Shown: positions 17,255 through 28,171, numbered from the stretch's first letter. The stretch: DNA of 64,000 nucleotides from Nitrosopumilus sp. (GCA_965219345.1 OZ244732.1:1760001-1824000); one strand, 5' to 3'. Notes: generated by a model from the sequence alone, not told the origin. Program-made: numbers and translations.

Positions 17255-18364
17255 TTGGGAATTCCTGAAAAAATTAAAGCCATTCAAGACGAGATGTCAA
17301 AAACTCAGATCAACAAAGCAACAGAGCACCACATAGGTTTACTCAAAGCAAAAATTGCAAAACTGAAAAGAGAGCAAGAAGAGAGTATCATTAAAAAATC
17401 AGGCATGAAATCTGATGGATTTGATGTCAGGAGATCAGGTGATGCAACAGTTGTATTTATTGGATTACCAAGTGTTGGAAAATCCACATTATTGAATAAA
17501 ATGACAAAAGCAAAATCCACGGTAGGTGCTTTTACATTTACAACACTTACCGTAGTTCCAGGTATGATGGAATATAGGGGTGCAAAAATTCAAGTCTTAG
17601 ACCTTCCAGGAATTATTAAAGGAGCATCTACAGGTAAAGGGTTAGGAAAGAGAATTTTATCGGTTGCAAGAACAGCAGATCTTGTATTACTAATGTTAGA
17701 TGTATTTCAGCCATATCACGAAAATGTTTTAGTAAATGAATTAGGCAATATCGGAATCAGACTTAATCAACTACCACCAAACATCACTATTGAAAAAGCA
17801 GCAATGGGTGGAATTGCAGTTGCCCAACAGGTTAAACTTAAAAAAATTTCAGAAAAACATCTAAAAGATATATTGCATCTTTATGGAATTGTTAGTGCTC
17901 GTGTTGTTATCAGAGAAGATATCACATCAGAACAACTAGCAGATTTTATTGCAGGAAATATTAGTTATTCAAAATCAATTACAATTTTAAACAAAATTGA
18001 TTTAGTTGATAAAAAGTTTCTAAAAGAGTTGAAGAAGAAAATAAAATCAGAGGTAATAGAAGTATCAGCAGAATCAGACATCAACATTGAATCACTCAAA
18101 GAGGAGATCTATCAGAAATTAAAATTTATTAGAATTTACATGAGACCGAAAGGGGAAGAAACAGATTTCAAAGAACCATTGATTGCAAGAGAGGGAGACA
18201 CGGTTGAAGATATTTGCAACAAACTCCATCGTAGGATGAAAAGAGCATTCAGATATGGTTTAGTTTGGGGTAAAAGTGTAAAGTTTGGCGGACAAAGAGT
18301 AGGTTTGACTCATATTTTGCTAGATGAGGACGTATTAACAATTATCAAGAAACGTGGAACATAA
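17255..18364 (+). CDS. DRG/Rbg family GTP-binding protein with TGS domain
   Basis: GLPSVGKS, FTT, DLPG, NKID; N-terminal TQINKATEHH. Confidence 0.95.
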   Translation: MGIPEKIKAIQDEMSKTQINKATEHHIGLLKAKIAKLKREQEESIIKKSGMKSDGFDVRRSGDATVVFIGLPSVGKSTLLNKMTKAKSTVGAFTFTTLTVVPGMMEYRGAKIQVLDLPGIIKGASTGKGLGKRILSVARTADLVLLMLDVFQPYHENVLVNELGNIGIRLNQLPPNITIEKAAMGGIAVAQQVKLKKISEKHLKDILHLYGIVSARVVIREDITSEQLADFIAGNISYSKSITILNKIDLVDKKFLKELKKKIKSEVIEVSAESDINIESLKEEIYQKLKFIRIYMRPKGEETDFKEPLIAREGDTVEDICNKLHRRMKRAFRYGLVWGKSVKFGGQRVGLTHILLDEDVLTIIKKRGT

Positions 18365-18379
18365 TTCAAAAAACGTAAC

Positions 18380-18556
18380 ATGGAATATGAAGTTGAGCAC
18401 AGATGGTGCAAATATTGTATGACAAAAACAAAACAAGAGCTAATTTTTCTTCCAGATATGGCAACTTACAAGCGTAGAAGAAAATACAAATGCACAGTTT
18501 GTAGTAAAACTAGTTGGTTGCAAGGTAGAAGACCATCTGCAGAAAGTGTTTATTAA
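18380..18556 (+). CDS. 58-aa Zn-ribbon protein (below the ORF-track cutoff)
   Basis: MEYEVEHRWCKYCMTKTKQ...YKCTVCSKTSWLQGRRPSAESVY*, two CxxC motifs, 15 bp after the DRG gene. Confidence 0.7.
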   Translation: MEYEVEHRWCKYCMTKTKQELIFLPDMATYKRRRKYKCTVCSKTSWLQGRRPSAESVY

Positions 18557-18669
18557 AAAATATTATCAAAAGAAATTTTTTGGTAAAAAATTACGTGGTA
18601 AATTGTTATCAATTTGTGTAATTTTCTTTAGTTTAACCACTGAAAAACAATGAAAATGTCGACTGAACA

Positions 18670-19035
18670 ATGGCTACAAAAAGAAAAGCTGCAACTAAAC
18701 GTAGATCAACTAAACGTAAAGCAGCTCCAAAAAGAAAAGCAGCAACTAAACGTAAAGCAGCTCCAAAACGTAAAGCAGCTCCAAAACGTAAAGCAGCTCC
18801 AAAACGTAAAGCAGCTCCAAAACGTAAAGCAGCTCCAAAACGTAAAGCAGCTCCAAAACGTAAAGCAGCTCCAAAAAGAAAAGCAGCTCCAAAAAGAAAA
18901 GCAGCTCCAAAAAGAAAAGCAGCTCCAAAACGTAAAGCAGCTCCAAAACGTAAAGCAGCTCCAAAACGTAAAGCAGCTCCAAAACGTAAAGCAGCTCCAA
19001 AACGTAAAGCAGCTCCAAAACGTAAAAGACGATAA
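18670..19035 (+). CDS. Histone H1/Hc2-like basic repeat protein (KRKAAP)n
   Basis: 121 aa with 18 KRKAA(P/T) units and a KRKRR end; variation between units is synonymous (CGT/AGA). Confidence 0.8.
   Translation: MATKRKAATKRRSTKRKAAPKRKAATKRKAAPKRKAAPKRKAAPKRKAAPKRKAAPKRKAAPKRKAAPKRKAAPKRKAAPKRKAAPKRKAAPKRKAAPKRKAAPKRKAAPKRKAAPKRKRR
18712..19026. repeat. 18-bp tandem repeat AAACGTAAAGCAGCTCCA
   Basis: About 17 near-identical copies are directly visible. Confidence 0.95.
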
Positions 19036-19107
19036 TCTCGTCAACAAACTAACATTCGTCATCTAGACGACGAATTGTTTTCTCTTTTTCTAAATTCTAA
19101 AGCAGTG

Positions 19108-19392
19108 TTAACTAAACATTTGTCCTGGAGGTTGAGTATTGGTTCCTTTAACAGATTTTTTTTCTACTGAGAACTTTTTATCAGGGGGTATTATTGATAA
19201 TTTAACAGCAGTGCTAATCGCATAATGAGGAGTGCCATCCGGATTTTTATAATTTACAGCTTTTCCAACTCTGTCTAAATCAACTTTAACTTTTACTACA
19301 GTTCCATCTTCTAATTCGAAAGATACAAAGTCATTTTCTAATCGTTTGTAATCTAACATCTTAAATTCAATTTTATTTGGTTTTTCACTCAT
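19108..19392 (-). CDS. Hypothetical protein
   Basis: 94-aa ORF co-oriented with, and directly after, the collagen gene. Confidence 0.75.
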   Translation of the reverse strand: MSEKPNKIEFKMLDYKRLENDFVSFELEDGTVVKVKVDLDRVGKAVNYKNPDGTPHYAISTAVKLSIIPPDKKFSVEKKSVKGTNTQPPGQMFS

Positions 19393-19414
19393 TGTAATTA
19401 CCTATTCAAACTGG

Positions 19415-20914
19415 TTAGTAAAGATAACTCATTAGTTTAATTTCTTCTTCAGTTGTAATGATATTTTTACTAGTCAAAATTTCTAATAGTTCTTTGAAAA
19501 TTGTTTTTTGTTCAGATGACATTCCTCCCGCAGCGCCTTTTTCACCTGGGGGGCCTGGTGGACCTCGTGGACCGGGTTGTCCTATTGGGCCTTGTTCTCC
19601 GGAAGTACCTTGTTCGCCTGCTGAACCAAGTGGACCTGTTGGACCACGTTCACCTTGTGGACCTTGAATTCCTTGTGGACCTTGTGGACCTTTTTCTCCT
19701 GGCGGTCCTGTTACACCACGCTCACCTTGAGAACCTTGTGGACCTTGTGGACCTTTTTCTCCAGATGTGCCAATGGGGCCAGTCTGACCTTTTTCTCCAA
19801 TAATTCCAACTGGTCCTTTTTCACCTTTTTCTCCTTGTGGACCCGCAACTCCTGTAAGCCCTTTTGCTCCTGCAGGACCTTGTGGACCTTGTGGACCTTT
19901 TTCTCCGGATGGACCTTCTGAACCTTTGTTGCCTTTTTCTCCAATTGGACCTGACAAACCTGCCGGACCTTTCTCTCCAATTGGACCTGTAACACCTTTT
20001 TCTCCTTTTATTCCAATTGAGCCAGTGGCTCCTTGAATTCCTTTTTCACCTTGAACACCTGCTTGTCCTGTCGGACCTTTATTGCCGGAGGTACCAATAG
20101 GACCAGTCAATCCTTTATCGCCAGGTGGACCTTGTGGACCTTTTTCTCCTTTTTCTCCCGGAGAACCTCTTAATCCGGATGGACCTTTATCACCGGGTTG
20201 ACCTGTTGGACCTTTTTCTCCGGATGGACCGGTTGGACCTTTTAATCCGGATGGACCTTTATCACCGGATGGACCGGTTGGACCTTTGTCCCCTTTGTCA
20301 CCAAGTGGACCAGTAACTCCTTTATCTCCCCTATCTCCTTTATCACCGACAATTCCTTTGTCACCAGTAATTCCCTTCTCACCAGGAGCACCTTTCGGAC
20401 CTGGTGTACCTTTGTCGCCCGGTGTGCCGGGTACACCATCCAAACCTTTGTTACCTTTTTCACCCTGTGGACCAGATGATCCCTTGTCACCAGGCGGACC
20501 TTGTGACCCAACGCTAGTTGATTTTGTAGAACGTTTTGTTTTTCCCCCTTCAGAAATTGTTTTAGTTTCAGATTGTAATTTTCGTTTTGATTTTGCCAAA
20601 GGAACATCAAATACAGAGTATAATGAAGAAAATAGATCAGTAACAATAATCCAAATTTTATCAAGATCATCAAGAGATGAAGGAAGAGGATTTTCTGGAG
20701 AACCAATTATTTCAGAAAATATACCATTTTTGACTTGAAGATGAAAATTGCCTTTCCATAAAGATGAGAATTGTTTAGTTTTAATTGAATCATCTGAAGG
20801 CTTACTATCAGTTATTGCAATTTGGGCTTCATATACACCTGATTGCTTAAAAGGTGCCTGTCCTTGAATTTCTACTCGTGACTGAGATGACACATTCGTT
20901 TGTGCAATTTTCAA
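19415..20914 (-). CDS. Collagen-like protein
   Basis: About 110 consecutive Gly-X-Y triplets (GPQ, GEK, GPT) between globular ends. Confidence 0.92.
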   Translation of the reverse strand: MKIAQTNVSSQSRVEIQGQAPFKQSGVYEAQIAITDSKPSDDSIKTKQFSSLWKGNFHLQVKNGIFSEIIGSPENPLPSSLDDLDKIWIIVTDLFSSLYSVFDVPLAKSKRKLQSETKTISEGGKTKRSTKSTSVGSQGPPGDKGSSGPQGEKGNKGLDGVPGTPGDKGTPGPKGAPGEKGITGDKGIVGDKGDRGDKGVTGPLGDKGDKGPTGPSGDKGPSGLKGPTGPSGEKGPTGQPGDKGPSGLRGSPGEKGEKGPQGPPGDKGLTGPIGTSGNKGPTGQAGVQGEKGIQGATGSIGIKGEKGVTGPIGEKGPAGLSGPIGEKGNKGSEGPSGEKGPQGPQGPAGAKGLTGVAGPQGEKGEKGPVGIIGEKGQTGPIGTSGEKGPQGPQGSQGERGVTGPPGEKGPQGPQGIQGPQGERGPTGPLGSAGEQGTSGEQGPIGQPGPRGPPGPPGEKGAAGGMSSEQKTIFKELLEILTSKNIITTEEEIKLMSYLY

Positions 20915-21002
20915 GTATTTCTGTATTTAGATCGCATAAGACTATTACAAATTCAATCAAACTATGTCAAGCCCATTAAGGATAGTATTTATCTAGAGAA
21001 AA

Positions 21003-22139
21003 ATGCATTTTGGGCTAGTGAAGAAACTATTCGGAAAAAAATCAAAGGGAATTGATGAGCCAAAATCAGAAAATAAAGTTGAAAAAAAGATGAGTCTGGT
21101 TAATCCTGATTATAATCGAATGAAGTTATTTAAAAAAGGAATCAATTTGATGGCTGATGAAAAACTAGAAGATGCTGTTGAGATGTTTCAACAAGCACTA
21201 AGAATTGATCCTAATAGTGTTGATACTTTGATGAAGTTGGGTTATGCGAGATTCCATTTAGATGATCACAATGAAGCACTAGCAATATATGATAAAATTT
21301 TGGATATTGATGTTACAAATCCAGAAGCTTGGAATCTTAAAGGACTTGTATATTATGAACAAAAAAAATATGCAAAAGCATTAGATGCAGTTGAAAAAGC
21401 AATTGAGTCGGACCCCACATACGGAATGGCTTGGTACAACAAAGCTTGTTTCTTATCATTACTCAATCAAGTGCCAGATTCATTAGAAGCATTGAAACGC
21501 TCGATTGAGATTGATGTTAAAAATGCTAGAAGATCAATTCGAGACTTTGACTTTGCAAATGTAAGAATTGAGGAGGGATTTAAGAGAATTCAAGAAGTCG
21601 TAGTTTTGGAATCAGTCAGACAAGGATATCACACAATAGGGGCAATAGTTTGGACAACATATCTTGATAAAGTTGATGCTGAAGAGGGATTAAGAAAATT
21701 AAAAGAAAAAGGGCTCATAGTACAAAATGAAAAACGTGATGGTTTAAGCAAAATTCCAATTTATGATCTTGCACCTAATGTTGCAGAAAAAATGGGAAAG
21801 GCAAAGAAGGGATTATTTGGAATCACAAGAAAAACATTACCAAAACCTGTTAAGAATTTAAAAGAACTAAGTCAAGCCATTCAATCTGCAAAAGAAGCAA
21901 TTGAGGAAGGGGATGCGGAGAAAACTATTGATGTTTTTGAGGAATTCATAGATACCACAAAATCTGGAGAACAGATGATTGAGATGTTCTTAGATGAACA
22001 TAGAGAAATTAGATTATGGCAAATTAGATTGAAAGACAGGGGAGGAGATTATATTGTGGACAACAAAGATAAGATGCTAACATTGTTTGATAACATCGAA
22101 GTAACAATTACTAAAAAACTCAGAAATGAGATTTCTTAA
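21003..22139 (+). CDS. Tetratricopeptide-repeat protein with a probable winged-helix segment
   Basis: Repeated AWNLKG/AWYNKA...A.AIE.DP TPR consensus. Confidence 0.9.
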   Translation: MHFGLVKKLFGKKSKGIDEPKSENKVEKKMSLVNPDYNRMKLFKKGINLMADEKLEDAVEMFQQALRIDPNSVDTLMKLGYARFHLDDHNEALAIYDKILDIDVTNPEAWNLKGLVYYEQKKYAKALDAVEKAIESDPTYGMAWYNKACFLSLLNQVPDSLEALKRSIEIDVKNARRSIRDFDFANVRIEEGFKRIQEVVVLESVRQGYHTIGAIVWTTYLDKVDAEEGLRKLKEKGLIVQNEKRDGLSKIPIYDLAPNVAEKMGKAKKGLFGITRKTLPKPVKNLKELSQAIQSAKEAIEEGDAEKTIDVFEEFIDTTKSGEQMIEMFLDEHREIRLWQIRLKDRGGDYIVDNKDKMLTLFDNIEVTITKKLRNEIS

Positions 22140-22946
22140 TTATTCTGCAGATAAATCCCAGTAGGTTGCATCTTCTTGTTTTTCTGTAGGCTTTTGAAGA
22201 TTTTTCCATTCCTTGAAAGAGCGAACATATAATTTTGCATTAGACAAACCTGCAGATTTTAATGCATAATATGCCAAACCAGAAAGAGTGCCAACGCTAC
22301 CACAATAGGTGATTATTTCTGAATTTCCAGTAATACCACGATTTTCAAGTAATCGCTTCATGTCATCTTTTGGACGTAAAATTTTATCTTTACTAGCAAG
22401 TGTTCGATATGGCAGACTAATTGCACCTGGAATATGTTGTTCAAGAAAATTCAGGCGTTCTCTATTGTCAATCAAGATTACGTCATTTCGTTCTTTGACA
22501 CTTTGCAAATAATCAGCTGTTGCCAGAATATTTGGTTGTAAATTCAAAGTGTGTTCTTTATGTTGTATTTCAGGAATCTTAGAATCGCTTTCCAACTCAA
22601 GAGATTTCCAATTACTATAAGTGGTTTCAAGTAAAGTTACATCTGAATGTCCAAGATATTCAAAGGTCCAAGATACTCTTGATGCGAGAGCACCAAAAGT
22701 ATCATCATAAACAACAACTGGTGTTTCATTATCAATTCCCATATTATTCATGAGTTTCAAAACACGTTCTGGGCTATCATCAGACAGAAGATTTGCCAAA
22801 GGTAAATTGACAGCAGTAGGAATATGATCTTGTTTGTAATCGTCTTCCTTTCTTACATCAATTACTCGAACACTTTTGTCCCTTATTTCTGAACGTAAAG
22901 AATCAATATCTTTTGTAATTTTGCCAGAATCTGTCAAGCAGCACAT
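22140..22946 (-). CDS. Thiosulfate sulfurtransferase (tandem rhodanese)
   Basis: HIPTA/HIPGA, VVVYDD, TYCGS active site. Confidence 0.92.
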   Translation of the reverse strand: MCCLTDSGKITKDIDSLRSEIRDKSVRVIDVRKEDDYKQDHIPTAVNLPLANLLSDDSPERVLKLMNNMGIDNETPVVVYDDTFGALASRVSWTFEYLGHSDVTLLETTYSNWKSLELESDSKIPEIQHKEHTLNLQPNILATADYLQSVKERNDVILIDNRERLNFLEQHIPGAISLPYRTLASKDKILRPKDDMKRLLENRGITGNSEIITYCGSVGTLSGLAYYALKSAGLSNAKLYVRSFKEWKNLQKPTEKQEDATYWDLSAE

Positions 22947-24742
22947 TCACCTTTTCCAGTTTTTGTGTGATAACTAGTTTCATCACCATAATCTAGGTAA
23001 AAATCAGGATCCTCTTCTTTTGTAGGAGGAATTGTCAGTGGCTCTAAAACTTTTTTGATATCATTAATGGACTTTATTTCAGAGTCTTCATTGCTATTTA
23101 CAACTCTATGAATCCAAGATTCAAGGGTATCATCAGATTTCTTATTTTGTTTGAATAGTTCAATGATTTTTAGAATTACAGGAATTACTCTCTTTGCAGG
23201 AACTCTGAGACATGTTAGACCTAACATTGTATCACCATCAGAACGCCCACCTAAAGACATCTGATAATTTGCGTACATATCTTTTCCAACACGTCCTCCA
23301 CCCCCAAAGAAACCAATAGTTGCAATTCCATGTTGGCCACAAGAGTTTGGACAGCCACTTATCTTAATAGAAGAATCACTCAAATCGTCATCTTCATCAA
23401 ATTTCAATTCAAGTAATTTTCTTTGAATTTCTTTTGCTAGTCTGTGCGAGTTTGTCAAAGCAAGATTACAGGAAGTTGTTCCTGAACAGCCAATTGGGGC
23501 AGTCATTGTTAATGCGCCGGATTTTGCTAGTCCAGATTCTAGAAGATTTGAATACAAACGTGGTAAATCATCTTCATGAACATAACGTAATGCAACATTT
23601 TGTACAAATCCAAATCTTGCTTTACCCTCAGAAGAGAAATCACGAATGAGATCTGCTAATGCGTCAAGTTGGCTGGTAGTGATATCGCCTGCTTCAAGAG
23701 TGATAAAGATAGAATGATAATCAGATTGTTTTTGTTTAATGGTATTTGTTTTGAGCCATCTTGCATAACCATCAGGAGTAGATACACCACTTTCATCAGA
23801 GATTCTAATTGGTCGTTTGATTTCGTTTGGAGTATGATCAACTTCTAACTGAGTAATTACTGATTGAGTAGCTCTTACAATCGCTCTTTCTTTTAGAACT
23901 AGATTTTGGAATTTTTCCCATCCCATATCATTTACAAGATAACGCATTCTGTTTCTTGCCATATTTTTTCTATCACCAAGTCTATCAAAGATTCTCAATA
24001 CTGCCATTGAAGTATAAACTAAATCTTCCTCAGGGGTAAACTCTTCTAATTGATGTCCAACAAAGGATTTATTTCCCAATCCACCTCCAAGGAAGACTTT
24101 GAAACCTCTTTGTGTAGTTCCATCAACTTCTTTGGTTTGTGGAATTAATCCAACATCAACCATTCTTACCATTCCATGTTTTTCACAACAAGTGAAATTG
24201 AATTTGAATTTACGTGGAAGATTTTGAACCATAGGATTTCTCAGAAAGAATCTTGCTGTTGCAAGTGCATATGGAGTTGAATCAAATTCTTCATCAGGAC
24301 AAACACCTGACAAAGGGCTGCACATTACATTTCTTATTGTATTTCCACATGCTTCTCTTGATGTTAGTCCAACTTCAGTAAGTCCTCTAAATATCTCGGA
24401 AACATCTTCAAGTACTACCCAGTGCAGTTGAATGTTTTCTCTTGTTGAAAAGTGTGCACTGCCTATTGAAAACTGCTCACTTAATTGGGATATTTTTTCA
24501 AGTTGATGTGGATAAATTTCACCTGCAGGAATCTTGATTCGGACCATAGCATAATCTCCTGTCATTCTGGTACCATATGCACCATGTTGAAGTCTAAATC
24601 GTCTAAAACTATCCTCGTCATATTTTCCTTGGCGGAATAGTTTTACTGTCTTTGCAAAATTATCCGCCTCCTCTACATTAGCCCAATTAATTTTGGGTTT
24701 TGTGGAGTCAAGTTTTGATTGTTTTGAATCAGATACTGTCAT
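22934..24742 (-). CDS. Ferredoxin-dependent sulfite/nitrite reductase (siroheme, 4Fe-4S)
   Basis: MVRIKIPAG, TRENIQLH, LPRKFK, CSGTTSCNLA, SGCPNSCGQH. Confidence 0.93.
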   Translation of the reverse strand: MTVSDSKQSKLDSTKPKINWANVEEADNFAKTVKLFRQGKYDEDSFRRFRLQHGAYGTRMTGDYAMVRIKIPAGEIYPHQLEKISQLSEQFSIGSAHFSTRENIQLHWVVLEDVSEIFRGLTEVGLTSREACGNTIRNVMCSPLSGVCPDEEFDSTPYALATARFFLRNPMVQNLPRKFKFNFTCCEKHGMVRMVDVGLIPQTKEVDGTTQRGFKVFLGGGLGNKSFVGHQLEEFTPEEDLVYTSMAVLRIFDRLGDRKNMARNRMRYLVNDMGWEKFQNLVLKERAIVRATQSVITQLEVDHTPNEIKRPIRISDESGVSTPDGYARWLKTNTIKQKQSDYHSIFITLEAGDITTSQLDALADLIRDFSSEGKARFGFVQNVALRYVHEDDLPRLYSNLLESGLAKSGALTMTAPIGCSGTTSCNLALTNSHRLAKEIQRKLLELKFDEDDDLSDSSIKISGCPNSCGQHGIATIGFFGGGGRVGKDMYANYQMSLGGRSDGDTMLGLTCLRVPAKRVIPVILKIIELFKQNKKSDDTLESWIHRVVNSNEDSEIKSINDIKKVLEPLTIPPTKEEDPDFYLDYGDETSYHTKTGKGECAA

Positions 24743-24921
24743 TACAGGGAAATTCCTTTGAATTTAGTTATAAATTTATGATATATGGGGGTTTTAGGAG
24801 AAAAATTTTCAGCAAAGTACATAATTTTCCTGCTTTTCAGTAATTTACTAGCAGAGAAAAATCATTAGCATTACCTAATTTTTTAAAAAAAATTGTGAGA
24901 AAGTATTAATGGGTTTGGAGA

Positions 24922-25752
24922 ATGAGCATCGATATGCAAGAAACAACAATTGCAGAAGAATCATCCAAAATATTTGTAGATGTACGTGAAGTTGAAATTA
25001 CACGTGCAATAGCAAATGAATTTCATGAAGTTTTAATCGATAGAGCAGATTCAGATGTTATCATCATTGGTGCTGGACCTGCAGGATTAACAGCAAGCAG
25101 AGAGCTTTCAAATATGGGTTACAAAGTTCTTGTCATTGAACAAAACAACTACCTTGGTGGAGGTTATTGGTTAGGAGGATACATGATGAATCCTGTCACT
25201 GTCAGAGAACCCGCACAGAAAATTTGGGATGAATTAGGAGTGCCATACAAAAAAGTTGCAGAAGGATTGTACATAACACCAGGACCACATGCTGTATCAA
25301 AGTTAATTGCAGCTGCATGTGATGCAGGAGTGAAATTCCTTAATCTTACAAAGTTTGATGATTTAGTTATGAAAAATGGCAGAGTGGTAGGAATTGTTGT
25401 CAATTGGATGCCAGTTTCAGCATTGCCACGTAACATAACATGTGTTGATCCAATTGCTTTGGAAGCCAAAGTGATCATTGATGCATCAGGTCACGATTCT
25501 GTAGCAGTGAAAAGGCTTGTCGACAGAGGATTAGTTGAATGGAAAGGAATGAACCCTATGCATGTTAATGAAGGTGAAGAACATGTTGTTCACAAAACAG
25601 GTGAAGTATTTCCAGGACTTGTTGCAGCAGGCATGTCAGTTACTGAAACACATGGTTTAGCAAGAATGGGCCCTACATTTGGTTCAATGTTATTCTCAGG
25701 AAAAAGAGCAGCAGAAATTGTAGCAGCAAAAATCAAAGAGTTAGAAAGATAA
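24922..25752 (+). CDS. thi4: Thiazole synthase Thi4
   Basis: GAGPAGL, GGGYWLGG, TCVDP, ASGHD, RMGPTFGSMLFSG. Confidence 0.95.
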   Translation: MSIDMQETTIAEESSKIFVDVREVEITRAIANEFHEVLIDRADSDVIIIGAGPAGLTASRELSNMGYKVLVIEQNNYLGGGYWLGGYMMNPVTVREPAQKIWDELGVPYKKVAEGLYITPGPHAVSKLIAAACDAGVKFLNLTKFDDLVMKNGRVVGIVVNWMPVSALPRNITCVDPIALEAKVIIDASGHDSVAVKRLVDRGLVEWKGMNPMHVNEGEEHVVHKTGEVFPGLVAAGMSVTETHGLARMGPTFGSMLFSGKRAAEIVAAKIKELER

Positions 25753-25775
25753 GCCATTATATCGAAAATATCTTA

Positions 25776-26558
25776 TTGAAAACTTGTAAAATTATTTTAT
25801 ATAACGAGCCCACAGTTCCTGAAATTCAATTAGAACGATTAGAAAAATTTCTCAAAGAAACATTTCCAGTAGAAATTGAGACAAGAGAAAATATCATTCA
25901 AGGTTCAAATGAAGATATGTTTGAAAAAATCGCAGGTTGTAGAATTTTTGATTTAAAAAAACCATTTGAAAAACATAATCCTTCAGATGAAGACATGCGG
26001 TTAGAAAAAGAAAACAAAGACATGTCAGAGAGAGAAGAAATGACACTATATGATGGATTTGAATTTCATAAAGTAATTACTGAATTAATTCCGATTAATG
26101 AAAACAATATAGACACTTTACATATTATTTTTACAAATAAGCTCACATGTACATTTGATGAAAATGACTTTAGATATCATGCAAGAGCCTTAATTGGATC
26201 CAATCCTACAATTATCTCAACAACAGGAATTATAGAAGCCCCAGCAAAACCAAAACAATACTATCTAGATCTAATGACAAATTTTTCCGATAAAAGAGTA
26301 GAAGAAATCAAGAAAAAGTACAGAGGGGAATTTTTAGAATATCACGATTCACGAATATCAGAAATTACAGAGGGTTATCTATTACAAGCCATAATTTATT
26401 ATGAAACAGGAGAAGCATTTTGTGAGCATAAAGATTGCAGAATGTTTAACGCTCACTGGCAGAAAGATCTTTTTTTCTCACAATTAGAAAATAAAAGATT
26501 TTGCAAAAAACATCAAAAAATTTTAAACGAATTAAAAAATCAAATTCAAAGGCAATAG
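25776..26558 (+). CDS. Conserved archaeal putative metallopeptidase-like protein
   Basis: RYHAR..I, EAPAKP, FC...CRMFNAHWQ..L, FC..H. Confidence 0.7.
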   Translation: MKTCKIILYNEPTVPEIQLERLEKFLKETFPVEIETRENIIQGSNEDMFEKIAGCRIFDLKKPFEKHNPSDEDMRLEKENKDMSEREEMTLYDGFEFHKVITELIPINENNIDTLHIIFTNKLTCTFDENDFRYHARALIGSNPTIISTTGIIEAPAKPKQYYLDLMTNFSDKRVEEIKKKYRGEFLEYHDSRISEITEGYLLQAIIYYETGEAFCEHKDCRMFNAHWQKDLFFSQLENKRFCKKHQKILNELKNQIQRQ

Positions 26559-26628
26559 ATGCAGATTTTATTTGTAATACAAAGAGGATATTCACTTAAA
26601 TTATTGAAGCATGCGAAGGTGAATTATC

Positions 26629-27633
26629 ATGATGGCAGCAGATGAGGGATCAACAGTGCTCGAAACAAAAGATGAGGGTCCAAAAATACCAGACAAAAAG
26701 AAAACAAAGTTTGATGTAGTGATCATCGGCGCAGGTCCATCAGGATATACTGCAGGAATTTATTGTTCCAGAGCAGGTTATGATACTTTGATTTTATCAG
26801 GAATACTGCCAGGAGGTCAATTAGTCAACACTACTGAAGTTGAAAATTATCCTGGATTTGAAAATGCGATAATGGGTCCAGATTTGATGATTGATATGAG
26901 AAAACAATGCCAAAAAATGGGAACAGCAATTATTGATGATGCAGCAGTTGATGTAGATTTTAGACGCAAACCTTTCAAAGTTCTCACAGCAACCGAAGAA
27001 TATGAAGGACGTGCAGTCATTATTGCAACAGGTGCTAATCCAAGAAAACTGGGGTTAGAGGGAGAACAGACATTTGCTGGAAAAGGTGTTTCATATTGTG
27101 CCACATGTGATGGGCCTTTCTTTAGAAATCTAGAATTAGTAGTTGCTGGAGGAGGAGATTCAGCGATGGAGGAAGCAACATTTCTAACAAAATTTGCAAC
27201 AAAAATTCATCTAGTTCATAGACGAAGTAAATTACGTGCAAGTAAAGTGATGCAAGAAAGAGCATTTAACAATGAAAAAATAAAATTTCATTGGGATTCA
27301 GCGGTAATTGATATTAAAGGAGACCAAAAAATGCAACAAGCAGTTCTAAAAAATCTAAAAACAAATGAAGAAACAACACTTGATGTAGGTGGTCTTTTTG
27401 TCGCAATTGGACATGAACCTAACACAGAACTATTCAAAAATCAGATTGAATTAGATGATAAAGGATACGTGGTTTTAAAAAACAAGACCAACACAAGTGT
27501 CGAAGGAGTTTTTGCCGCAGGAGATGTGCACGACAGAACTTATAGGCAAGCAGTTACTGCTGCAGGATTTGGCTGTATGGCGGCAATTGATCTCGACAAA
27601 TATCTCACAGAAAGTTCAGACAAGCAAGAATGA
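26629..27633 (+). CDS. trxB: Thioredoxin-disulfide reductase
   Basis: GAGPSG, CATCDG, GGGDSA, GVFAAGD. Confidence 0.96.
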   Translation: MMAADEGSTVLETKDEGPKIPDKKKTKFDVVIIGAGPSGYTAGIYCSRAGYDTLILSGILPGGQLVNTTEVENYPGFENAIMGPDLMIDMRKQCQKMGTAIIDDAAVDVDFRRKPFKVLTATEEYEGRAVIIATGANPRKLGLEGEQTFAGKGVSYCATCDGPFFRNLELVVAGGGDSAMEEATFLTKFATKIHLVHRRSKLRASKVMQERAFNNEKIKFHWDSAVIDIKGDQKMQQAVLKNLKTNEETTLDVGGLFVAIGHEPNTELFKNQIELDDKGYVVLKNKTNTSVEGVFAAGDVHDRTYRQAVTAAGFGCMAAIDLDKYLTESSDKQE

Positions 27634-27688
27634 AGAATTCACAATGCAAAAAATTAAAGGTCTAAAATCTTTATTGTAAGAAAAAATA

Positions 27689-28171
27689 GTGAACTTTATG
27701 AGCCCAGATCAAGAGAATCTAAAAAAATCAGCTAAAGAACATAGTGAAAAACTGGCAGAATTAGGAATGGAACTAGGTAAAATTCAATTCAGTTACAAGG
27801 TTAAGGAGAATTCATCCAAAGAATATTGGCAAAAAAGAATTGATGATTTTAAAAAATACAATGAAAAAGGCATGAAATATTACAATCAGGCATATTCCTT
27901 GATGAATTTAGTTAACAAGGAAGAATCACAAACGTTCCTATTACGAATCAGTAAATTTCGCCAGCTTGGATTAACATTAATAGAAATTATAGAGAAGATA
28001 AAAGAAAATCCATCGATCATTGATTCTAAAGATAGACAACAGAGTCAATGGAGTAAAGAAATCAGAGGCCAAATTACTGAACATAGTAACAAATGTCTCC
28101 ATCATGAAAAGGATATGAATACATCATTCAGAGAATTTTATGAAAAACATATGAAAAAAATTCTAGAGTAG
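27689..28171 (+). CDS. Hypothetical helical protein
   Basis: 160-aa ORF with normal spacing to neighbours. Confidence 0.7.
   Translation: MNFMSPDQENLKKSAKEHSEKLAELGMELGKIQFSYKVKENSSKEYWQKRIDDFKKYNEKGMKYYNQAYSLMNLVNKEESQTFLLRISKFRQLGLTLIEIIEKIKENPSIIDSKDRQQSQWSKEIRGQITEHSNKCLHHEKDMNTSFREFYEKHMKKILE

Noticed and set aside
18650-19066. Alternative ORFs (NVKQLQ)n, (FTFWSC)n, (LELLYV)n
   Set aside because: Shadow frames; unit variation is synonymous only in the KRKAAP frame.
24743-24921. TPP riboswitch upstream of thi4
   Set aside because: No CUGAGA core with the required flanking helices; the leader is AT-rich.
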